Source: Halocafeteria seosinensis (lineage: Eukaryota). From it: a stretch of 44,546 bases of DNA. Positions within the stretch are counted from its first letter, which is position 1. Each line of letters begins with the position of its first letter. The position numbers were made by a program, and so were the translations under genes. Below are positions 33,800 to 44,200 of this stretch, piece by piece. The stretch spans positions 1 to 44,546 of the forward strand of contig LVLI01000296.1 in the NCBI GenBank assembly GCA_001687465.1, written 5' to 3'. The notes beneath the pieces are model-generated. The model ran no database searches, had not been told where the DNA came from, and saw nothing but the letters and a program-made list of their open reading frames with translations.

Positions 33800-34590
33800 A
33801 CGACTTTCCAAATGCCGGTAGATTAGAGAATTGCAGAAATACCCTCTCGACAGCCGCTTCCAATGAATTAGCTTTGTTTCTGAACCAAGTGTAGACCCGC
33901 TAAACATCCAGCACACCGTCAGAACATGCTCCGCAGAGCCATGTTACTCGAATGATAGGCAACCACCAGATATACACCCTGCCATAGCGGTTTCTAATCA
34001 GCTATGGGAACAGACTAGACTACAGAGTGGAGTCAATACAAATTAGTCACTTGCAAGTTAGTTGCGATTCGCGAAATCCGAAGTACGAACACCCCAGCGA
34101 CCGCTTCGATTGAAGCCCACGGTTATGCGACTCAAACCGATTCCTCGGTTGGCAAGAAGTGTAGAACACGCTGTAGACTCGGACCAAAGTCTTATATACC
34201 ATGAGGCTAAGGCAGCGTACGATCAGAATTTTGGAGTGTTGTCCTGGGTACAAACAAAATCTGTAGATTCTCTGGTCGAAACATAATTTGGCAGACAAAT
34301 CTGACACCACTCTGAGTAACTCCGGTGAGGAAAACAAGACGGCTTTAACATAGCATTTATGCTATGCAATGAATATGTATTTTTGTGTCGAGAAGTTCGG
34401 AGAAACGTGCATGCCCTTAACACACTCAAAATAGGAGTGCGGCCCGGCGTGTAACGGCGAGGAATGTAATCACATTCGAGAGGAACACCAACATGCAGTG
34501 CAGCCAGTTCCGGAGTTTGATATGACTGCATGTTCTTTGGAACTTCATTCCTCAATACGCGAAGTTTTATACAGTTGTTGACTACAATCT
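33800..34590 (-). pseudogene. Possible very decayed LRR-family relic
   Basis: Only weak fragments: IVVNNCIKL and STRESTDFV (cf. SQETITDFA). Confidence 0.2.
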
Positions 34591-34655
34591 AGTCTGTAAA
34601 GGCATATTACCATCTAAGGAAACAACTCCCCATACGGATGGAGTGGATGACGTCC

Positions 34656-37328
34656 TCATTCGCATTCGTTAGAGAACTCGCCGAACCGCGAAGTAAAATA
34701 CAATAGAGAATTAGCATGATCCACGAGAAAACTCCAGACCAAAGAGTAAGAGATAATCCCTGTGAGGACCACTGGAACCATAGCCTGAACATGCGATAAT
34801 AGGTAAGCCGTTCCCACGGAGACGAGAGATATGCCTAATCTCTTCCGGAGGAAGAAATCCACCATGCCAATACCAAGAAGAACGGCGCAGATGGCGCAAA
34901 AATCGTAAAAGAGTATCAAAAGAAATTGGTCATCGCAAATGTGCGTATACGGGAAAGACTTCCTGCGGACATCATGGGGTAAAGAGCTACATATGGGAGA
35001 TACTGGGATTAACGAGCGACACCCACCTGTTATGTCCTTAGAACATTACGAGGAAGGAAAGCCCTGCGTATATGTTTGCCATAAACATAACAAAAAGCGT
35101 TTGACACCGACTGATTATCCAAGCAAGTACCGTTAACTCAGTGCGGGGATCAGAGAAATACCACCTAGTCATGTAGGAGGTATGACCGTTCGAAGCACTC
35201 TTGGAGGGCGGGGCATCCCACTCCTTCTCCAACGAGCTCGAGGAGTAACGCTCTAGCCGGCCGACGCTGTTTCGACGACGATCCTTCGATCGGCTTACAA
35301 GGCCACTCGTGTGAGACGAACTAGGCCTTTTTTTTGCCATGGTAACGAGCGGCACCAGCCACATAGTATGCCAATGTGGGGAGGCATCAAAAGACTCCTT
35401 TGAGCACTTCAACGCTTCCACGATGTTGCATGAGTGGCTGGGCAGCCACGGAAAGCGAGTTGTTAGCAGCGCAAGTCGGGCCCAGGAGCTGGTCACCGGC
35501 GTCATATCTCTGCTGTGAGAAAACTTCAGTCCTGCACTTGTAGTCGCGGTCCTCCCTCCTTCTTGGAGCCTCTCGTTAAGAAAATTGATACGCCTTGAGG
35601 ATGGCACTCCGGTCAACAGTCTCGAACACGCTGACGCCCATTTCTGAAATTTATCTTTCCTTTTACTTCCTACCCCACAATATCCTTTGCCTTTTTCGCG
35701 TTTCGGAGCACTAGCTTCCGGTAGAACTGACGTCGATTTGGGCTTTTTACGCCACACTGGTAACATGAGTATCCAGGAAGCCCCGGTAAACAAAATTATG
35801 AACACCTCACCTACAATAAGGAATAGCACAGTAAAGATCGAAGTGGCTTCAGGTAAGATGAACGTTATGAAAACCTCCGAGAGTGATTCATAAAAGAAGT
35901 CCGTTAAGCGAAAGGCAGAAGTGTTTAACCGATCGTCATACCGATCTCGTTGGGTAAGAAACCTGTCATAGAATTTTCCGTCCCACAGTCGCCCACCAAA
36001 TTTGGCTTTCTCCAATATCCAAGGCACAAGGAATTTCCTGAACGTTGCGCTGACAAGGGAAAACGTAATGGCAAATGCTGCCTGCAAAGTATCCGAGTTG
36101 TTCCAGAGACGAAAGAGCAGAAGGAATGTCACGCATATCCAGTAGAAAACTGCATATACTCCGATGATTAAGAAAAGCGTAAGCAGTCGTCGTCGACGAA
36201 AGACGATATATCCCGGAAGTCGTTCTCTAGCGTTTGCGGGGTCATCTGTGCTGGGAAGGCTGTAACTACGGGGACGGCCTCCAACTCCCTTTGTGTTAGT
36301 AGCTCTTTTCATTCTGCGCTGCACAAAATGACGTTCACGTGCGGTATTGCGCCCACCGGAGATAAGCCATTCCAATGTTGATGGTTTGCGAACCCCCCTT
36401 TCATATTTTGGCATTTCATTGGTAACAAAGTCATACGAGTTTGCTAGAACAACTGCAACCACAAGCACTGCACCAACGGAGTTGAAAAGGAAGGGGACAG
36501 GAAAAACACCTAGTGCCCTTGGGATAATGTCTTGAACAATCAAAAACAGAAAGAGATGAACGAAGGAAGGCCATGCTCGAAAATAAAAGTGATCAGTTTG
36601 ATTCAGGTAAAGACATTGCATCCCTGCAGCGTGGAAAAGATGCACCTGAGTCAGTGAACAGTAACTGCACCAATAATAGTATGCGACGTACCGAAAAAGA
36701 TACAGGAAGCGAGAAAGACATTGATACTTGCCTGTCGTTAAATACAACGAGCTGTAAGTAGACAAAGCGACTTGGAATTTAGCAATTCACTCACTTGAAG
36801 CATCCAGCCGCCGGAAGCAGCTGCGGACAAGAACCCATCTGTTCCCACAGGCTTTCTAAGCTCATGAAGCGGGAGGCATGTAACCAATAAGCTCACGAAT
36901 ATCGGTACTAGACCGACCATCACAGTTGTTTGAGCTAGTGATTTTGCGATGCCTTTAGAAGGCAAGTCAGTTGACCACAAATGTGCCCATTTCAGGTAGT
37001 GGTTGTGTAAGGTGAGCCTGCTTGTCACTCGAACGATTCGAACTCCAAGGACACCCATGATGCTCGTCAACTTCTGTGCACAGTGTAGAACCGATCCTAT
37101 CTGCCGTTCGAAAGCGCTGGTGCTTCCATCAAAGACTTCCCAAAAGAAGTCTAACGTCCCATCCGTGAGGCGTTTTCTTTCGTGTCGCACTAGCGCATAT
37201 CGGCTGCGCCGTGGATGGGTCTGCTCCAAACATAAGCTGATGCCTTGTGGGTCAGTGTTCGGAGAAGGATATGATTGTAGGCGCGGCAGGTCCGTGAACT
37301 CCCCGGTGCTGGTGGTGGGGCTGTTCAT
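34656..37328 (-). pseudogene. Multipass membrane protein paralogue B with a premature TAA (may be a truncated or re-spliced gene)
   Basis: Exons 37328-36795, 36731-36692, 36623-35027 and 34962-34656. Shares FPVPF, RSYSL, RRRR.LTL, DFFYESLSE and WIISRCQTLF with paralogue A. In-frame TAA at 35040-35038 (VMF*GHNR vs IMFSFYVFGHNR). Confidence 0.7.
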
Positions 37329-37759
37329 GACCCGTCACCTCCTCGATCCCTGCTTCCTCGTATCGGCAACAAAACTTTTACCTTTGTTTACAGCGAGCCT
37401 CCTCTTAGTCCGTCTGCTCTTGTCATCACGAATACACTGTTTTCTTCCATATGCATGGGTTTTCCCGCGAACACTGGCTCTTTGCTACGTGGGAGTCTGT
37501 TCTTGGGTTCTGTGCCCTTTTTAATCCAAGCTATCACCGATTCTAGTGAACGCCCGAAGCATAAGCCTGTTAGTGATGCTTTCCTCCAATACGCCTCGAA
37601 CGTATGGTTGTAGCAGTGCTCCCGGTGCTCCTGGTAGCCACAACGTGTGTGGTGAGGGGTCGCCGACTCGCCAAGTCGTTTTGGTCGCAGCAGAGCCCTA
37701 CGGGCCCGGGGCCCCGGGGGATCCTACCCCAGTTGCCCAACGCTTCGGACTATCACCAC

Positions 37760-38200
37760 AGTCTTTGTGCGTATAGCTGGAGTCGCCATTGAGGCAACCA
37801 CAAGAATACAACCGCGGTTTCGCTGGTGGTTTTCATACGTGCTGCTTTTTGAGGGCTGAGAGAGAATTGGGCACTTGCACTTAAACATTCAAGTTGACAA
37901 ATACCATGGCCCATGAGGGCCAATGCAGCTTGCTTGCATCGTTGGCTGAATGCATATACCGGTATCGATTTGCAGCCGCACCAGTATAGGTTGATGAACG
38001 TACAATCCACGGTGGTATCTGGGTCGCAACTGCTTTTCGCTTTTCTGAAGGCATTGCAGTTGCATGACCATGGTATATTTCATATGTCATATTTAGAGTG
38101 TGGTTACAGATTTTTACGGTAGTGTTCTTGATAATCGAGCACACTCGAACTCGTTAAGCATTCGCGCCCAGAGTTGTAAACCACTGTTAAACTGCACAGT
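37760..38200 (-). pseudogene. Possible very decayed LRR-family relic
   Basis: SCDPDTTVDCTFINLYWCGCKSIPVYAFSQ resembles the CxQxTITDxAF / LxxxGCxxIxxxAF units. Confidence 0.3.
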
Positions 38201-38217
38201 TATCCTGTTCTTGATGC

Positions 38218-41200
38218 TTAAATTGCCTCAGCGGCTCGAGTTTCATCCTCCTGGATGTACACATCTCCTTCTTGTTCTCGCACATGGATAGGAGCTGGTC
38301 GGTCCCTCTTGCGAATTCGGTAACAGTATACCGCAGAGCCGCCAGCAAACACAGCTGCTAGGGAAATTAGTACAGCAACTGCTATTGAAACTCTGGAGAG
38401 GCCATCATCATCAAAAGAGCCGTGTGCATCATCTACAGAAGATGAAAACGAGGCCTGCATGGAGCTGCTTGGCATAGACGTTGGCGAGGACGTAGGTGGG
38501 GCTATCATCCTCGCTACTTGGCGCGTCTTAACTGTGAATAAGCTTGCCAAAAACACTCCCGATTGGTTGGTCTCGGCAGTAATTGTCCTTCCATCAAACC
38601 GAATGCTGCTCTGCGTGATGTTAGCATCACTCCAGTCCGAAACCCCATTATCAGAATGCAGAACAACCGGAACTATTACTGATTGTCCACAGAAAACTTG
38701 TATTTCAGCCCCTTCAAAATCTTTGTCGCACTCTACGGAAACAGCAGTGTGACTCCCTGTGAGAGGATCGACGCACGAAACGCTAATATTAGTGGGGTTT
38801 CCATCGCTACCTGGACACCTCTCCGTGCGCGATATCAATTCCATCCTTCCCGAAAGCAATCGTGTGACGTCTGGTATGTCTCTCAAGGACGTTCCCGCCA
38901 CCCCCGGTTCGGGATACAATACCATCGTTAAATTAACAGGTTGCTGAAGTACCGCAGCTTGGCCATCAACTGAGAATGCAGAGAGACTCAGTGTTTTGGA
39001 GGCTATTTGTCGCTGGAGCATGTTCTTCTGGATATTGCTCACAAACGTCTCCGACAGCCTTCTAATGACCCCAAGGTGACGTCGGTTGTTCCCTCGGATG
39101 GCACTCCTTCCTGTCAGAATATCCCCTTGCGGCAGTAGAGAGTAGATATAGCCGTTCAATGCTGATACAAAGCTGTCTGCTGTAGCGGAGCTGTAGGCAG
39201 CCTCCTGGATTATACCTCCATGGAATGCAACCAAAGGAGGACCAACATACTCCTGAATAATCACGTCAGCTTCTGACAATTTGCTAAATAATAAATCTTC
39301 ATCGTTGTTGCGGGTCACAGCCGGTATCACTCTCTCCATGTTGTTTGTAAGCTTTGGGTCTCGATCACAGTTGTGGAATTCCAAGTCACTCAGCCCAACA
39401 CCGTGCTTAAGCCTCTCCGGCTCGATTTCGAACGAACCGAAGGCACTAATGCGACGAGAGTACACACTAGCAAAAAATGTTTGATCGCAAAAGCTGGGAA
39501 GATCGTGGAACAAAGTGTGCGCCGTCTGAGTCCCCGATCCAGCAAGCCGGCCTATTAGTTGAGATCGACTGACAAGTTCCAGGGCATTCTTTCCGTTAGA
39601 AAACAGAGGTTCATTTTTCTCGAAGTTGCGGGAAAGCGTCAATGAAACTACTGTAACGACCTCGTCTCCAAGGTTGTTTGAGTAGCGGAACTGGGTCGTT
39701 GCTGGATCCAAATTGTTGTCCAATATTCGAGTAAGCAAATTTAGCACCCGCAGAGCTTCGGAAACCGTACTAGCTTGTGACCCTGCAATAGGACTCAACG
39801 ACCCAATGAAATCAGCGGCTGTCATTTCATCATTCACTGCAAAATCGTATCCAGCCTCTAAAGAGTCAAGGATGTTAATGAGGTACAAGGTGGCATTAGA
39901 ATGCTTGTCATCCGCAAGCAGCCGGCGACCATCATTGGAGCTGACTGCAACCAGATTGTTTGCACGAGCTCCATCTCTTGCGGAGCGGGCGACGCAACTC
40001 GCATCTTTTGTGTTGACGCATCCTTCAGCCTTTATCCGTTTAGCATTTGCTGCCTGTCCTAATTGAGCGGAAGCCGGTCGCCTTATAGAAATGTGTCGCT
40101 TGACGACCTTGCTTGCACCTAGTGCATCTGTAATCTTGAGAAACATCCACACACTATTTCCCTGATCTGGAGTGGGAACTGTAACAATGTCTGTAGGTCG
40201 TGACCTCGCCGATCGCAGCGAGCTACTGGATGAAAAATCACTAATGAAACCCGAGTAAAAGGAGTACATCAAAGGAACGTTTTGATCCTTCCATCCCGTC
40301 GCGGAGAGCCTTACTTCAGTGACGTCACCAACAATTTCCCCGGGAGAACTGATGAGAAAACGCCCTGACATAGGAGGTTCGTTTACAGTAAACCTCACCT
40401 CAGTAAACCCAGAGGGATTCTTGCTAACGAATTGATCACCAAATTGACTCTGATATCGTACGGTGTAAGTGCTGCCTTGGAGTAGTTGATTGGCTCTGAT
40501 GACTAACGGATTGGCCTCGACTCTGGGGGAGTCAATTACGGTTCCGAGGTCTATTCCCGTCTCATCCATAAGCGACCATCGGCTCACAGTATCTGAAGAT
40601 TCCCTGACGTTGGCGGCCACGCGGATTTCGGAGTTAGGATTAACTTTGAAATGCGACTGGCCATTGATAAGTGTTATAGGTGCATCTTTAGGGAGGAAGC
40701 TATCAAGGGTCACAACAGGGATAGAGTTTCCCGTCAATGTGATCGTTATGGAATCTGAGTCCGAAGACGTGAATGGGCTCCCGCTGTCACGATTTAGTTG
40801 AAAGCGAACTGTCACAGTAAACGTTACTGAAAGCTGCTCGTCGCTGCTTGTCTTCTGTTTTAAACTCTCGAGTGTTTCACTCTGGACAACTAAAGAAGGT
40901 CCTGCTTTTGTAGCATCCTTGATTAGGACATCGGTACAATTATTGTTGAGAACCTGACACTTCCAGAAGAACTGCTTTTCGAAACTCCAATCCTCGGGGA
41001 TCCCTTCTAGGTTTTCAACTGTGCTCTTGCTACTACTAGCATCCAAGATCAGGTTAGAGCTAATAGAAACGGGCCGACTGCCACCCGCAATGTGCGCTTC
41101 AACAGGACTCGGTTCCACTGTGAGCCCAATTTCTCGAGAAGATCTCAGAGCCCTGGCACCAGAGGTTGCAGTTACATTGAAGTGAAACTTGTACGGTTTC

Positions 41201-44200
41201 ACAAACGGTATTAGCTCATTTGCAGGAATGCTTAAGCGTCGAGGATCAGGTGTGAGATAGTTTGATATGCCAACCATCCTTTCGGTGGGGGCAACTATTT
41301 CCCAGGAATACACAAAATTGAAACGTGATACGTCACTAGAGCTTTCATCGGTCTTCTCACAGGCCACAAGCGTAGCAGATGACGCGAACAATACGGGACT
41401 GGAACTCACGATTTTCTCTCCGGGCTCTTCGTTGAAGAAGATTGAGGGAGCTTGATGCCTTTCAACCCGGAACTTAATTGAACGGTTCTTCGAGCTTCCA
41501 TGGATATTCTCTCCTCTTAGGGTAAACCTGTATGTTGCCCCCGATAGCAACTCAGCGGCTCGAACCAGCATATTGTCCCGATTTTCTTGATTAGCAAGGT
41601 GTATTTTTTCTCTTACAGGATTGGTATTGTTGGAATGAGTGACATCAACTCCATCTGATGTTTCCACAGCCTGTAATGCCCACGTCCAAACAATACCATG
41701 AGCGCGACTGCTCCCTGTAGCAAACGTTACAACAACTTCTGCATCATCGCACAAGGCAAGCACCTCTTGGTAGGCAACATGGAACTCAACTGCCGGTGGA
41801 GGATATGGAGGCAACACTCGACGTGTAGTGAGGGGCATAGATGCAGAGGGTTGGTCTTGTTCAATAATTCCTCCAAGAACTGTAATGCTCGTGTTCACCA
41901 TAACTGTTGCTCCATGCTCTTCTTTGTCTCGCTCGGGGGACCGCAAATAGATCACCAATGCTTGAGAATCCAGCCACGAACAGCTACTAAATACCGACAC
42001 ATTCCTTCCAATCTCAGAGTAAAGCAATTCGCCACATTCAAACGATACTCCGAGACCGCCAAAGTTAGTGTGTGTATCAAACTTGATAGTCAAGAGTGAC
42101 CCCAATCGATCTAGTTGTGGCCCCGCCACTATTGAGGGGGCTGAACGCAAGCTCGGTGTCGCGCTGGCTGAGGGAGTAATGGGGCTGTGCGTCTGAGTAG
42201 GGTCTGTAGAGCTAGCGACGGTGCCGCTGAGTGGTCCCGTCGTTCTGATCGTTTTGCTGCTCGTCTGGCTTGCTGTTCGCGGGAGTGAAACGGTCTCAGT
42301 TTCACCACGGGTTTCCGGGCTCACGGAGCAGGTCTCCGTCGCGCTTGCGATCGACGTTCGGGTTCTCGCCGTCGATCCAATTGGATATCTGGGGTCGCCA
42401 GCTTCAGTGCGAGTGGCTGGCGAGCTGAGAGATCCCCCAGACGCTGCAGATCGACTGGCACTTCCATCGAGTGTAGCGCCAAACGTTGAGCTCACAGCTC
42501 CCATTGCACTCGGACTAAACGCAGTGGGGCGGCTTGGAGTTGTCCTGGACGCCGGTCTTCTCGGGGTAGCACTAACTGACTCTTGGATGGTTGACGTGGG
42601 TCGACTGGGAGAAACGGGTGATTGGTTTGACGGGGTGGTTAACGGCAACTCGAGGTTTGTAGTTGACGCACCCACCGATTCTGTTGCTGATGTATTAACG
42701 CCCCTGGCTCCGGAAGCGCTAGATGTCACTGTCACTTCACCAGCAACTTCCGATGGTGTTTCCCTCGGTACTGGTGTCTCTCCTTCTGATAAACGAGTTG
42801 CAGTCACTCGATGATATCCTGGCGTACTCATAGTGGTTGAGGACGTCAGTGCGGATGAGGTAGTAGATGACGCACCCGCCGATTCTGTTGCTGAAGTCAC
42901 AACGACCATGGTTCCAGAAGCGCTAGATGTCACTGTCACTCCACCAGCAACTTCAGATGGTGTTTTGCTTCGATCGGGAATCTCTTCTTCCGACAAAGGA
43001 GTTCCTGTAACTCGATGGGGGTCTGTGGTTCTAATAGTGGGTTCAGACGTCACTGTGGGTGAGGCAGCAATCGTGGACGAGGTAGTAGCTGTGGATAAAG
43101 CCGTCTCTGTGGGTGAGGTAGTAGCTGCGGATGAAGCTGCTTCTGCGGGTGAGGTAGTAGCTGTAAATGAAGCTGTCTCTGTGGATGAGGAAGTAGCTGT
43201 CGGAGTACTCCTAGATGCTGCAGATCGACTGACACTCCCATCTAGTGTAGCGCCAAACGTTGAGCTCACAGCTCCCATTGCACTCGGACTAAAGGCAGTG
43301 GGGCGGCTTCGAGCTGCCGTGGGTCGACTGGGAGAAACGGGTGATTGGTTTGACGGCGTCGTTAACGGCAACCGTTGATTTGTAGATAACGCACCCACCG
43401 ATTCCGTTGCCGATGTAATAACGCCCATGGTTCCGGAAGCGCTAAACGTCACTGTCTCCTTACCAGTAAATTCCGATGATGTTTCACTCCCTACCGGTGT
43501 TTCTTCCGACAAAGGAGTTGTTGTCACTCGATGGTATCCTGGTGAACTCATAGTGGATGAAGACGTCACAGTCCAAAAACCTGTTTGGGTGGCTGCGCTC
43601 GTCGCTGCAGGTGACGCCAATATTGTGGGTGAAGCCGTTCCCGCTATCGCAATTGAAGCCGTCGCTGCTGGTCGACAACCATCTTGAGCTTCCGTCGGGA
43701 CTTCTCCTGCTTTACAGGGTTGGCAGGAGGAATTAAACACAGTGGCGAATTCATCTGCGCGACAACGGATACAACCATCCTGCTTTTTTGTCGGAACTTC
43801 ACCAGCACCACACAAACGACAAGTCGTATCAAATACTGAGGCATATTGATTGCTCGAACAAGCCTCACATCCTTTCCCATCTCGGGCCGGTATTCGTCCC
43901 ACTTCACACACTCTTTGAGCATTCCTCCGTAGTCGTGGAAAGATATCACTTCTTGAGACGCCCTTCACCTCAGGAACAAACCACACCGCGTCCGACCACA
44001 AACTGACATTGCCCTTTCGATACAACTCTCCTCGAATCTCCGAAAGGTCTCCGGAATTGTCTTCCAAATGTACATTCTCTGTACCTCCTGTGGCAATGAG
44101 CTTCTCCGCATTCGTCTCACGATTCTCTGTGGCATGGACGCAATGACGGATGACAACATCAGCTTCATCCAGTTCCCCAATCATGAACGACCGAGGCGAA

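Noticed and set aside
37695..37730. GC-rich palindrome cccggggccccggg as an ncRNA
   Set aside because: Short and low complexity; no tRNA/snRNA/SRP features recognised.
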